DNA of 64,000 nt from a virus: positions 41,197 to 105,196 of IMG/VR virus record IMGVR_UViG_3300010048_000001; one strand, 5' to 3'. The position numbers were made by a program, and so were the translations under genes. The notes under the pieces are model-generated. The model did not search any database. It worked only from the letters and a program-made list of their open reading frames with translations, and had not been told where the DNA came from. Positions 7,321 to 17,586 of this stretch are shown one piece after another. Numbering within the stretch: the stretch's first letter is position 1; every line of letters starts with the position of its first letter.

Positions 7321-10139
7321 ATGAAAATCTGGTACGGGGCCACGCCGATGACCGACATCGAAATGGTCTGCCGTCTTATGATCGCTCGCGCCGCCGCGAA
7401 GACTTTAGGCGGCGACAAGCTTGATTGGTTTGACACGATCTTAGCCGCTGCCGGGTATTGGACTCTGCCTGAGTGGGTTCCTGCATTACCCAACGCTTAG
7501 GCTATGACCAATCACCCTAACCGCAACCGGCGTTATACGCTGCCCAACAGCAAGCGGGTTGCCCAGCGGCACACCTACGACAATGGCTTGGTCGAGATAT
7601 ACGTGGTGGGAACGGACGGCGTCCGTGCCTGTATTACGCGGCAAGAGCCAGGGATGGCGTGGTGTCTGTACGTAAACGGCAGACTCGTGGTTCGTAGTTT
7701 CACGCTGGGCTTCATGTTGCGGCAACTCGACATGGCGTTAACCGAGGAAGAACACCGATGATCGATAAACCTCATAGCTGGCTAACGAACTGTCCAGAAG
7801 CTGCCGCTGCTCTGCGGCGAGCGGATGCAGCTTACGAACAAGAATGCGCGAATGCCGCACATCTCAAGCTAGCGGACAAGGTGATTTCCTACCGCTGCGC
7901 CAAACAACGCTGGCGTCAGGCTTACGATCGCATCGCCAACGGCGATTACACCTGAAACCGAGGGAGTTAAGCAATGAGCCGAGCGGTCTGGTTAGGCTGT
8001 ATCCTGGTAGCGCATCGCCAGCGCACCGGATCGTATAAAGGATTATCCGACGCGCAAATGCGCGACTTGCTCGCTGCGGTCAGCGCGGGCACCAGCTGGA
8101 CGATGACCTCGCCCAACGCGGGCTATCACTCATCCTCTCCCGTAGTGTGGGCCGTCCCATGAGCCGCGATTACAACGTCGACCTGTTGTGGAGCGACGGC
8201 ACGCTAAGCGAGCGCGTGCTGGTCCGCACCACGTCACCCGAGCGCGCTGTTGATCTAGCGGCACGCGTTGTGCGGCAATTCGGTCCAGCGCCTGAGGTGG
8301 GCGCGGCGATCGAGGATAGCGAAGTGAGGATCGGATGAACGCGATCCAGATCTCAGATCACCCCTCAAACCTAGACCCTACTGCGCGCCTCGTATCGACC
8401 CCGAGAGAAGAGCATTCAATTTTCTCAGTACGCGGCGGCTTCATTGCTTGCGTAGGCGCGGCAATGGCGCTGGAAGGTTTGTTTAAGACTGAAGCCGCGG
8501 CACGCGCTGCAATCCGAGCATATTGCGAGGGATGAGAGCCATGCGCACGCCACCCACCAAGATCATCGACAGCGAGAATTACGTGGTCGCTGAGGTCACG
8601 CGGATGCGCGACTTCAAGGACTACGATTACGTTGCTATCCGGAAAGGGGACAACGTAATTACCGTCGAGATCGCCCAGGTGCCGGACCTGCTGCGCGCCA
8701 TAATGAAGGCGGCAAACACATGACCCATTACGATACATCCGCGAAAGCGTTTCTTGCGGAGCGCAAACTCAACGGCTCGCTGGTGCTCAAGATGACTGCG
8801 GAAGAGCAAAAGGCTCTCAACCGTGATTTTTTGTTCTGGCGCCGGGCGCGCGAATTAGCGAACTTAGTTCAGGAGTGAGGCTATGACCGTCGATCCCGAT
8901 CACACCCTCGTCCTTGCTATCCGCAAGCTATTAGACGGCCAGGAGTGGTCAAGCGACACCCTTGACGAGATTGCTTGGCTGATGACCGAGCACGGATACG
9001 CCATCCGCGAGCCCACCAACGAAGAGGAGGATGCAGAATGAAGATCACCCTAAACCCGCGCCTCCAGTACGAGACGCGCGACGATGCGGAGCGGATGATC
9101 GAGGTTCATTGCCCTGCTGGATACCTCTACGAGGTTTATCCGGTCAGGACCACGCTCGTGCAGGTGCCGCTGTCGTTTGCCGTCAAGGTTTACGATGGCG
9201 ACGATTGCCGCTTTATCGGCTTCGCGTATGACGCAGAGGCCGAGGCGGATTTCGTAGCAACAGAGGAGGGGTTGCATGGCTAAGTTCATCATCGAATGGA
9301 CCGTTATGGTCACAGTCGAAGCGGAGAACCATGAAGCTGCCGATAATCTCGTAAGCGAGTGGACGATCTTCGACGCACTCGACCACAACGCCACCGTCAC
9401 ACACCCAACCGCAGCGGTCGAAGGAGCCACGTCATGAAGGAAATTCAATTCGACCAGCAATGCTGGCACCAAGCGCGCGGCCGCAACGGCTTTCTCAACT
9501 GCCACGGAGTGGCTGTGTCCGATATGTCCGCCAGGGCGCACCTCTCCGATAACCACGCCGAGATTCATCTAAACCCCATAACGAGCAAGGGGCTGGCGAG
9601 CGAATCCTGTCGCATCCCGATCCGCAAAAGCGCTATCCCGGAGCTTATAGCCGCCCTGCACGCAATCTGGATGGAGACAGCCGCATGAAATCAAGATTGG
9701 TAGCGGCTTGTGTTGTGGTCGCCGCACTCACTAGATGCGCACCCGCGCACAACTGGCAACCGGGGCCGCAAGTCGCCGTGTCCGACTTCGAGCGCGACAA
9801 AGCCAGATGCGATTTCCTAGCACGCCATTCGGGCGGTGGCGGGTTCGCTATAGGCGGGCCGGCATTCCTGATCGGCTATGCCGTGGGGAACGCCATCGCG
9901 AGCACAAACCGCGTTCAATCGGATTTCAACGACTGTATGATCGACCGAGGATGGGAGGTTGCGCCGTGACCAAGCGTCAGAAGTGTACTGAGTGCGGCCA
10001 ACTATCGCTGCCAGGCTTGGTGCGCGGGCACGGCAAATGCTGGTTTCACTGGGCCGCTGGTTGTTGCTGGGGCCGCACTTGGGCTGAATGGCTCCAATAT
10101 GGTGGGTCGAGGCTAATCGCGCACTTTCCCGACAAGTAA
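7321..10139 (+). other. Operon of about 14 small coupled early genes of unknown function (e.g. 7321-7500, 7504-7761, 7758-7955, 7974-8162, 8335-8535, 9038-9283, 9434-9688, 9685-9969)
   Basis: Chain of short ORFs with ATGA overlaps and SDs, running from the promoter at 7250 to the terminator at 10148. Confidence 0.7.
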
Positions 10140-10147
10140 AAAACTCC

Positions 10148-10173
10148 AGCCCGCCTTCTCGGCGGGCTTTTTT
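10148..10173 (+). terminator. Rho-independent terminator
   Basis: AGCCCGCC-TTCTC-GGCGGGCT followed by a T run, at a convergent gene junction. Confidence 0.8.
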
Positions 10174-10579
10174 ATTTCTCACTCGGGAACGGTGTGGATT
10201 GGGCAGCCCGCTCTTGCAGATGCTCGTCGAGCATCGGACGAGGCAAGGGCTTGACGCACTCATGGAGATATCCGAAGGCGTTGAACAACACACCGCAAAT
10301 GGCGTCGGTGTCTGGGTGCCGCGCGTAGTGACTCCGCCACCATGCGTGCAGATGCCGCCAAGCAGATTTCATGAAGGCGCTCAGCGGCATCCCCTTTTTC
10401 CAATTATCCTCATGACGATGAACGTCGGAATTATGACGGCGTAGGTAATCAACATAGACCTCGAGCGCATACGGCGAGAGGCTGCCGTCGAAATCCAATT
10501 TCCCCTCTGTGGTGTCCCGCGCAGCGCCCGAGGCGAATCGGCGCATCAATTCGCGCATTTCCTGTTTTTCTGCATTCAT
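10172..10579 (-). CDS. dATP/dGTP diphosphohydrolase-like (DUF5664-type)
   Basis: RFASGAARD...GK.DF; DNWKKGMP....SAWRHL; AICGVLFNA. Confidence 0.7.
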   Translation of the reverse strand: MNAEKQEMRELMRRFASGAARDTTEGKLDFDGSLSPYALEVYVDYLRRHNSDVHRHEDNWKKGMPLSAFMKSAWRHLHAWWRSHYARHPDTDAICGVLFNAFGYLHECVKPLPRPMLDEHLQERAAQSTPFPSEK

Positions 10580-10764
10580 GCGTCGTACCCAATTTGCTCC
10601 ACCAAACTGGCTAGTATCGCCACCACATCGTCACGCGTGACAAAAAAATACATTTTCGTGTCGCTCTCTTGGTTCTCCATGACGAACGCGAATCGCTCGG
10701 CTGTACCTTTGGGGAACTCCACCAAGGCGGTGCAGAACGCGTCAGCTTCCAAGCGGACGGTCAT
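10576..10764 (-). CDS. Hypothetical protein
   Basis: Coupled ORF with SD GAGGG. Confidence 0.55.
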   Translation of the reverse strand: MTVRLEADAFCTALVEFPKGTAERFAFVMENQESDTKMYFFVTRDDVVAILASLVEQIGYDA

Positions 10765-10777
10765 CCCTCATCCGCGC

Positions 10778-11803
10778 TCATTGGATGGCACTATAGATCT
10801 TTCCCTGGTGCTCCCAATGCAGGGCATCGTGAATCAGCACCAATTCCGGCATCAGTAGCTCGCCATCGCGAAATCGTAGGATGACGAACCCGGAGCGCCA
10901 GTTAACGGGATTCCCTTCTGTGTAATTGAATTGCGGACCATACGGCTGCGCCAGGGTGCCAGTTTCCACGCCCCAGCGAGTCCCATTGTAGTCGGTCCAA
11001 GGAACGGCCTGAAGTCTGTGCAAATGGCCGGTAACCATGGATTTACCGGCGTCTTTAGCGTTGTTGTATGCCGCATGGATGCCGCCCTTGAACCTATGTT
11101 TTACAATTACCGAATTATTTATCCATATCGACCAAGCGCACTCCCAATCAGGCAAGTGGTCTGAGAGGCTTACCCCTAACACACCCTCAAGCTCAGGAAT
11201 ACCGGCAACAATTTTCGTGTCGAATCTTATGTCATGGTTGCCGACTGTCCGGACCCAGCGAATCGCGTCCATACGTGTACGAGCGGCCCGGCGTAAAGCC
11301 GCTAGCCGCTGCTGACAGGCGCCAAGCTCCTCGACAACTGTCGGGCGTTTTTCCCACCCGAGCGGCGGATGGCGGCTAATGCTCGCGCCGTCGAATATGT
11401 CGCCATTCAAAATAACCGCCTGAATCTCAGGCGCCATAGAAGCGATCACAAACTGAAACGCCCGCATCGCGGGCGTTGGTTCTCCAGGCCAGATGTGGGC
11501 GTCAGAGCCCACAAGGACAATTCCACTGTTGATTTTCAGATCTATCCGGCCAAGATGCGCAGGAACATAACTTTCTGCTTGCTTTTTCTTCGGCTTCTCT
11601 GGCTTAGCCTTTGCTGTTCTTCCCGGTGGATTGTATTCCGGAATAGGAATGTTGCGTGACTTAGCAACGAAACAGGTATGACGAAGCGCGCCGGTGGAAA
11701 TGCCTAAAGCGAGCGCCGCCTTGGTTTGCGAACGATGCTCAGCTAATGCCGCCAAGCGGCGCTCAAGTTCCTCGCTTGAGATCGGTTTTTGGCCAACGGC
11801 CAT
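10778..11803 (-). CDS. Metallophosphoesterase with N-terminal HTH
   Basis: SDAH, NGDIFD, GNHD, KH and GHLH calcineurin-like motifs; SQTKAALALGIS HTH; SD GAGGAGG. Confidence 0.85.
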   Translation of the reverse strand: MAVGQKPISSEELERRLAALAEHRSQTKAALALGISTGALRHTCFVAKSRNIPIPEYNPPGRTAKAKPEKPKKKQAESYVPAHLGRIDLKINSGIVLVGSDAHIWPGEPTPAMRAFQFVIASMAPEIQAVILNGDIFDGASISRHPPLGWEKRPTVVEELGACQQRLAALRRAARTRMDAIRWVRTVGNHDIRFDTKIVAGIPELEGVLGVSLSDHLPDWECAWSIWINNSVIVKHRFKGGIHAAYNNAKDAGKSMVTGHLHRLQAVPWTDYNGTRWGVETGTLAQPYGPQFNYTEGNPVNWRSGFVILRFRDGELLMPELVLIHDALHWEHQGKIYSAIQ

Positions 11804-12017
11804 CCGCCAATCCTCCTCGTCGAGGATCATATCACACAAACTGTTACAAAATCAATACGTTATGTTATAACGGCAAGATGTTAAGACGTTACGTACCCTA
11901 CAGGCTCGGAAATCGATTTTAGCGCCCTCTGGTAAGCGAAACGCTCTGACCCTACTCGGACACGTCCGAGAGACGTTTTGCTCACAGGCGCCCGCCGCCG
12001 CGGGCGGGAAGCGATTT

Positions 12018-12596
12018 TCAGCGAAAGGAGACCTGGAAAACGTTCGACGAGGCCAAGCCCACAAAGCCGCTCGAATTCGCGGGGGCAGCAAGCGTGCCAT
12101 CGGCGCGGATCAAAGCCGAGCCTTGCAACACAGCGGGAGCCTGTGGAACCAGCACGATCGAGGTTTTGCCATCGGTCGCGACCCCGATGGTGTTTCGGCC
12201 GATGCTCGTCATCGTAGGCAGCGTTATGGTGACGGTCCCGCCGCCCGAGGCTACCAAAACCGAGCCCCACTCGTTCGCCTGAACGGTATGTGCCCCGGTC
12301 ACCGGCAGGAATTGGATAGGGCAGTTAATCGCATCGGTCCCGTTAGAGTACGCGTAAACCTGACAATCGCTGTTTGCCGGGCCAGCAAACGGCATCCCAT
12401 CAAGCGTGGGCACACGAGTCGCGCGTGAGGCTCCTCCCGGTGTGATATCTTGAGCTGCCGCTCCCGCAGCCAGGACTATGACGAGCCACCACACGCCAAC
12501 GGCTAGGGCGACCACGCCAACCATGCAAGCGCCCATGATTGCGTAGAAGCGCAGACGAGTCGCGCTCGCCCATCTGGCAAATCTCTCGGCGTTCAT
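12018..12596 (-). CDS. Membrane-anchored or exported beta-rich protein
   Basis: Long hydrophobic N-terminus followed by a TVTITLP fibre-like segment. Confidence 0.6.
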   Translation of the reverse strand: MNAERFARWASATRLRFYAIMGACMVGVVALAVGVWWLVIVLAAGAAAQDITPGGASRATRVPTLDGMPFAGPANSDCQVYAYSNGTDAINCPIQFLPVTGAHTVQANEWGSVLVASGGGTVTITLPTMTSIGRNTIGVATDGKTSIVLVPQAPAVLQGSALIRADGTLAAPANSSGFVGLASSNVFQVSFR

Positions 12597-13708
12597 TAGA
12601 GAAACAACGCTGACAATTTCGAGGCGATCGGGGTCCCAAGCCCGGTGCATGGATCAGGCCCAACCTTTGCACGGTACAGGCCGTTATTCCCCATCGTGAT
12701 GTCGTTGAAGGCGAGATGGTTCTGCCAGAGCGTCGGCGAGACGAAGCCTAACTTCTGTCCGAGAGCGGCAAATACGCCGGCGTACAACGGCGCAACGCAG
12801 CTTGTGCCGCCAAACACGTTATCCGTGCCGCCGAGGGTGATGTAGTAGCCGGTGCTGGGGTCGGCATTTCCAGCCACATCAGGCACCATCCGCATCGTCC
12901 CGGTCGCGCCTGCCATCCAAGTCGGCATAGGGAAGAATTTCGAATAGCCGCCGCCGGTCCCTTCTCCGTCAGGATTGCCGGGATTGTCGTTCCAGACCGT
13001 CTCCGGGTTCGTAAGGCTGGAGTTGTGCGGACGGTTTGTTCCGCCGCAGCCGATGACATGCGGCGCCGCCGCGGGAAGATCGACATTAGACCGCCCGGGT
13101 CCGCCGTCAGCGCTGTCATTGTCGCCTGACGCGGCAAAAATCACCATCCCATTTTGGGTTGCCGCAAGGGCCGCGGCCTCGAGCTGCATCGACGCAGCCT
13201 TGCCCCAACTGACTTCGTCTGATCCCCAGCTGATGCTGCACACATCGCAACCGTCCGCCGCAGCCCGCATAATCCCGTTCGTGATCGCGTCCAGGGTGTT
13301 AGCTGCCCAATACACCCGGATCGTAGCCGGCAAGCCAGAGGCAGCGAAGAAAGCCGCGGCGGCGATCTGGATGTCCAGCGTCACCTCAGCCGAGGCGGGG
13401 TCCGTGACGTCCTGGTTGTTCATCGCCGTACCGTCAACGGAGAAATCCCCGATCTTCGGAAGCGGCTGGCTGAGTCCTCCAAAAAAGCGGCCCATGTCCT
13501 CCCATTTCCAGCCACCGCCGAGCTCGATAATCCCGATGCGGCCCGTCTTTGCTACGCCGGCCGGCCACGTTTGCCACCCGTAGGATGCCATCAGCTGCGG
13601 CACCCGCCACGGAGCGCGAGAGGAGACGCGCGGGAATTTGATGTACGGGTGCATAAGGCCCCGCCGCTTCAGGTCGGCGATGTAAGCGCGATGGGGTTCG
13701 TAGTTCAT
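12596..13708 (-). CDS. S53 (sedolisin/kumamolisin) family serine-carboxyl peptidase
   Basis: IGIIELGGG, EVTLD (catalytic E and D), SISWG, ASGD, VPDVAGNADP, GGTS (Ser), FNDIT.GNN..Y...G.DPCTGLG. Confidence 0.92.
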   Translation of the reverse strand: MNYEPHRAYIADLKRRGLMHPYIKFPRVSSRAPWRVPQLMASYGWQTWPAGVAKTGRIGIIELGGGWKWEDMGRFFGGLSQPLPKIGDFSVDGTAMNNQDVTDPASAEVTLDIQIAAAAFFAASGLPATIRVYWAANTLDAITNGIMRAAADGCDVCSISWGSDEVSWGKAASMQLEAAALAATQNGMVIFAASGDNDSADGGPGRSNVDLPAAAPHVIGCGGTNRPHNSSLTNPETVWNDNPGNPDGEGTGGGYSKFFPMPTWMAGATGTMRMVPDVAGNADPSTGYYITLGGTDNVFGGTSCVAPLYAGVFAALGQKLGFVSPTLWQNHLAFNDITMGNNGLYRAKVGPDPCTGLGTPIASKLSALFL

Positions 13709-14049
13709 GTAATCACCGCTGTTTCTGCGTTGAAATTGCCCGTCTCGTGCATTCCCACTTCGATGCAGTGCACGAGGAGCTTGGTCGGCCCGTAGGGGAA
13801 GGTGGCGATGTATTTCTTGAACTCCGGCGGCACCGGCTCGCCGTCTGGGACTATCTGGAACATCCGCGTGTGCGTTCCGGTAACGACTGGCGGATCGTCG
13901 ACCAACAGAATTACCGCAATCTGCTGCCCGACATCCTCCGGCGCGTTCTCGTAGAACTTCAGCGACACGCTCTCCGCATGGTTCGGGATCACCAGCGTCG
14001 CGTTCCCGCTCGCGTCAAAGGTCGAGATCACTCGGGTGATGATCTTCAT
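13705..14049 (-). CDS. Hypothetical phage protein
   Basis: Coupled at both ends; R.F..VP.G.PVP...YIAT......H motif. Confidence 0.65.
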   Translation of the reverse strand: MKIITRVISTFDASGNATLVIPNHAESVSLKFYENAPEDVGQQIAVILLVDDPPVVTGTHTRMFQIVPDGEPVPPEFKKYIATFPYGPTKLLVHCIEVGMHETGNFNAETAVIT

Positions 14050-14741
14050 AGGAGAAGTTCCAGCTTCGCGTGCTTCGCGATATTTTCCTTTGCCCAGAGC
14101 GGGCGAAGGTTGGTGAAACGAAAACACGCTTTCTGTTGGTTAGGATCGGTTAGATCGAAGGAGGCACACGGGCGGATGTGTTCGATATGCCACGCCGCAC
14201 GGTTGTCCCAAGACATCCCCTTCAGGAATTGGCGCTCAAGGTGGGCCATCAATTGTTCGATTGAACAGCCGACTAGCTCAGCAGTTTTCTTGTCCTTGCG
14301 GCCGTTCCCGTGATCCCTCACGGCCCTTCCTATACGCTTGCGGAGCCGGTCGGCTACAGCATAGGCAGGATCTTCTGCCTTCCTCTGACGCCGGGTCGCA
14401 TTTCTCTTCTCTTTGTATTCCGGCGTTCTTTTGCGCGCATTCTCGATTTCACGGATCGATTTTTTATAAGTCCTGATTTTCTCTTTATGGCGCTGAGCAT
14501 GTGCTCGGTATTCTTCTGCGTGGCCCTCGCATAAAGTACGGCCAGGTACGGCGGGACATTTGCATTTAACGCAGAGCCCAGCCGCCTTATGGCGAGCAAT
14601 CCTCATCAGTCGGTTGGAGCGGTCTTTTGCTGTAGGCTGCTTTTTGTGGTTCCCACACAAGATGCGGCCAGGGATCGCGGGCTTGCCACATTGCGGGCAC
14701 AGACCAGCGTCTCGCCGTTGTATGTGCAAAGCCCTCATCAT
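14046..14741 (-). CDS. HNH homing-type endonuclease with tandem zinc ribbons
   Basis: Two GLCxxCxxPAxPGRxLCxxH repeats; LVGCS...GMSWDN..WHIEHIRPC..FDL..CFRFTNLRPLW..N. Confidence 0.85.
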   Translation of the reverse strand: MMRALHIQRRDAGLCPQCGKPAIPGRILCGNHKKQPTAKDRSNRLMRIARHKAAGLCVKCKCPAVPGRTLCEGHAEEYRAHAQRHKEKIRTYKKSIREIENARKRTPEYKEKRNATRRQRKAEDPAYAVADRLRKRIGRAVRDHGNGRKDKKTAELVGCSIEQLMAHLERQFLKGMSWDNRAAWHIEHIRPCASFDLTDPNQQKACFRFTNLRPLWAKENIAKHAKLELLL

Positions 14742-14743
14742 CC

Positions 14744-15865
14744 CTAATGTCCCTGCGACCACAAGTCCAGGCGCGTAAGCGTCCCGTCCTCATCCCGGCT
14801 CTTGGCGATCTGACGGAGATTGTCCCGTAAAATCACATACGCTTCGGACCCGTCATCATGGAGAATCGGCAGCCCCTGAGCATCACGTCGAAGATGGACT
14901 ATCGGATCAAATCCGGCCTCTCCCAGCAAGATATGCTTTCGTGCGTAAGCGCGCCGCCGTTTATCTCCGTGGAAGTTATGCAATACGGTGCCAGAAATAC
15001 TGCCAATATTTCTTCTAATATAACGCTTACATCTGTCGGCCCACGCCATTACCATGGCTTTGTAGTTTGGATGCAGACCCGCATGCAGCCCATTCTCGGG
15101 CTTGTCAAGCAAACACCAGGCTTGTACGTGATCTGCCCCGCCCCAAATGTGATGCTCCTGGAACCCCCCTACCGCCTCAAAGGCTTTCTTGCTAAAGGCC
15201 CACGCAATGCCCGGCCATACTCTTGGGGGATACGGGATCGTGCCGGTGGTCGCCAGATTAATGTTTAGCGAATCCAGCGCTCCAACTTCATTTACTTTTT
15301 GCTCTACGGTGCCTTTTACCTGATATATTTGATTCGTGTGAAAGTGAACGAAACCAGGCCCATCCGCATGCGGGAAATCCTGAGGCATCAACTCGTAGTC
15401 GGAGGTAATGTCTCGCGCATGGGAAAACATCTGGACAAAATCGAATATTTGCAGAGCTTGAATCGTGTGACCAATCACGTTCGGCCTGACAAACTGCGTA
15501 TCCGCGTCTATCAAGGCGCCGTTTTGCCAATCATACGGGAAATGCTGAACCCCGATATTGGCGGATGCTTCTTTGAGCCACAATTCCGATAACGAGCGGA
15601 GTTGGATGTACCTGTGCCTAAACCTATGATCCTGCCCAAGGACACCGCAATTGGCAGGCATACCATCGAGGCCGCTATCTGTAAAAACGAATTCGCGCCG
15701 ATTAAAGGCGATCTCGATTAAGTAAACAACGGCGCCGGCATCCATAAGATGCTTGATCGCACGTACCGCATGCTTATAGCGGCTGCGCCAGCGCCAAACA
15801 TTCTGAACGGGTACCAAGCAATAGAGCGGCTCCCGAACTTCGTCTTTCGAAATAAGTACAGACAT
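14744..15865 (-). CDS. Glycosyltransferase-like protein
   Basis: WLKE..NIG, IDAD (DxD), QMFS, G.AWA, GG.D and H.FHG motifs. Confidence 0.6.
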   Translation of the reverse strand: MSVLISKDEVREPLYCLVPVQNVWRWRSRYKHAVRAIKHLMDAGAVVYLIEIAFNRREFVFTDSGLDGMPANCGVLGQDHRFRHRYIQLRSLSELWLKEASANIGVQHFPYDWQNGALIDADTQFVRPNVIGHTIQALQIFDFVQMFSHARDITSDYELMPQDFPHADGPGFVHFHTNQIYQVKGTVEQKVNEVGALDSLNINLATTGTIPYPPRVWPGIAWAFSKKAFEAVGGFQEHHIWGGADHVQAWCLLDKPENGLHAGLHPNYKAMVMAWADRCKRYIRRNIGSISGTVLHNFHGDKRRRAYARKHILLGEAGFDPIVHLRRDAQGLPILHDDGSEAYVILRDNLRQIAKSRDEDGTLTRLDLWSQGH

Positions 15866-15995
15866 ATCTTAAAGCCTTCCCCGAACAGAGCCTGCGACGC
15901 TTCGTGAGCGAGTCCCGAAGGGGTGACGCGACCCACTCTGCCGGGGAAGCAAGGGGAGCCGCGCGTCGCAGTTTCGCGGCTGGTTCATTGCGGGA

Positions 15996-16307
15996 TTACG
16001 GACCGGTAATAACCGCTGTGTCCGGGTTGAAATCGCCAGTTTCGGCAACCGGAACGGCTTGCACGATGACGACCATCGGAGCAACAACGCAGGGCCCGAC
16101 AAGCGGCGCTACGCTGGTACCGGTATAGGTCATATTCGCAGTGCCGGGGCTGACGGCCACGACCGTCCAGGTAACCATGTCGGCTGCTAGCGCGATGGTG
16201 GCCACTGCGGCATTGTCGCTAGCAACGGCGCCGTCGGGCGGCGGGGCTGCGCTAAAGGTGAGCGCGTTAACGGCCTGTTGGCCTACAGTCAGGGTCGGAA
16301 GTGCCAT
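15996..16307 (-). CDS. Ig-like domain protein
   Basis: SDNAAVATI...VVAVSPGTANMT, a Big_2-like pattern. Confidence 0.65.
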   Translation of the reverse strand: MALPTLTVGQQAVNALTFSAAPPPDGAVASDNAAVATIALAADMVTWTVVAVSPGTANMTYTGTSVAPLVGPCVVAPMVVIVQAVPVAETGDFNPDTAVITGP

Positions 16308-16381
16308 GGAGGGTACGTTTCCTTTCTCCTCTCGTCTTCGAGAGGCCCCGAATTGTACCCGATTTTCGTTACGATGTCATG

Positions 16382-16645
16382 TCAGGGTCCGGCCGGCGCC
16401 GCGCGCTTCAAATGCCTCTCGACGTGGTTCGACAGCTCGTCGACGCTCTGCTGTACCTTGTCGATCGCCTCCAAGGCCGAATCGTCCTCTTCAGGGGAGG
16501 CGTCGTCGGGGACATCTCGCTTTCGGTGATGCCGCGGCGGCGGCTCGTCCGGCAACGCCATCTGGGGCAACGCCGGCGGGGGTAAGGCCCCTTGCTGGCT
16601 CGCGCAGCCCACCAACAGCAGCGCCAGGAGAAGAGCAATCCTCAT
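16382..16645 (-). CDS. Pro-rich lipoprotein (o-spanin-like)
   Basis: MRIALLLALLLVG-C lipobox; Pro-rich; near holin-like genes. Confidence 0.65.
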   Translation of the reverse strand: MRIALLLALLLVGCASQQGALPPPALPQMALPDEPPPRHHRKRDVPDDASPEEDDSALEAIDKVQQSVDELSNHVERHLKRAAPAGP

Positions 16646-16992
16646 GTGCACGCCGGCTCCCAGACTGGCAATCCGGCACGACGGGATCTCATAATCATGT
16701 CCGCAGTTCCCTTGCCCCCAGGAAAGGCAATCACGCCGTCCGGCTTACCTTCATCGATCATTTGCTGGTTCCGGACCACACCTGCCCGCCGTCCGTGTTC
16801 GTCCCATTGCGCTGGATACGAGACACAGGGGATACCCCTCTCCTCAGCCCACTGACACGCGAGGTAATCCGCACCTCTTGCCGCGCCCTGAATGACGAAG
16901 TCTATCCCACGTCTTGAGTGCACTCGATCCAAGGCATTGAACACCGCTCGACGATCACGGAAATCACGACCACCGCAGACCAGTATCCTCAT
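16642..16992 (-). CDS. YspA-related SLOG family protein (DUF2493)
   Basis: MRILVCGGRDF, IQGAARGAD, AG..RNQQM, AFPGGKGTADM. Confidence 0.88.
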   Translation of the reverse strand: MRILVCGGRDFRDRRAVFNALDRVHSRRGIDFVIQGAARGADYLACQWAEERGIPCVSYPAQWDEHGRRAGVVRNQQMIDEGKPDGVIAFPGGKGTADMIMRSRRAGLPVWEPACT

Positions 16993-17342
16993 TTGCGCTT
17001 CATCGCCTGCATTTTCAGATCGGTGCGCAACTCATTCAGTGCAGTGTTTATTTTGTCGAGCGAGTCGCGCAAATACGTCGAGAGATCGTGATCCTCTGCC
17101 TTTAACTCGGCCAGCGATTTCTCAGCAATCGTCACTCGGACATCCATCGCCCCATATCTCGCGCTCATGTCCTGATGTAGCGCTTCGAGTTCCTGGTGCG
17201 TTATGACGAACGCAGTAGCCAGGCCCAGCAGGAACACAATCTGCAGAACATTCACGACATGAGCATAGCCGACGTTGTTGGGCTGCTTAGCCGCAGAGAT
17301 TTGGTCATCGATCATATTGTCGGCCATCTTGTTCGAGTTCAT
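16989..17342 (-). CDS. Single-TM coiled-coil protein (lysis-region candidate)
   Basis: TM segment followed by heptad repeats. Confidence 0.6.
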   Translation of the reverse strand: MNSNKMADNMIDDQISAAKQPNNVGYAHVVNVLQIVFLLGLATAFVITHQELEALHQDMSARYGAMDVRVTIAEKSLAELKAEDHDLSTYLRDSLDKINTALNELRTDLKMQAMKRK

Positions 17343-17586
17343 GGAGAAGTCTCATATTCTGTCTCTGCAAGAGCTGGCGCTCACGTTCACATTGCCTGAC
17401 ATGCTCGAGGGCTTCGTCGCGCTCACGGCGCGCATCATCCCGATCTTTCCGCATACGCTCGAGCTCGTCACTCAGCTCGTCCTCCGAATCTTTTTTCGCG
17501 GTCCGCGATAATTGGAAATATCCGTTGAGCAGCGTCAGCGCCGCCACAACAAGCGCTCCCCCGGAAATGATCAGTGATGCGTCCAC
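17305..17586 (-). CDS. N-terminal TM plus coiled-coil protein (holin-like)
   Basis: One TM segment followed by a charged coiled coil. Confidence 0.6.
   Translation of the reverse strand: MDASLIISGGALVVAALTLLNGYFQLSRTAKKDSEDELSDELERMRKDRDDARRERDEALEHVRQCERERQLLQRQNMRLLHELEQDGRQYDR

Noticed and set aside
14046-14780. Possible direct repeat tightly flanking the second HNH gene
   Set aside because: Only loose similarity (ACGCG..CTGGA.CTT); too weak to call
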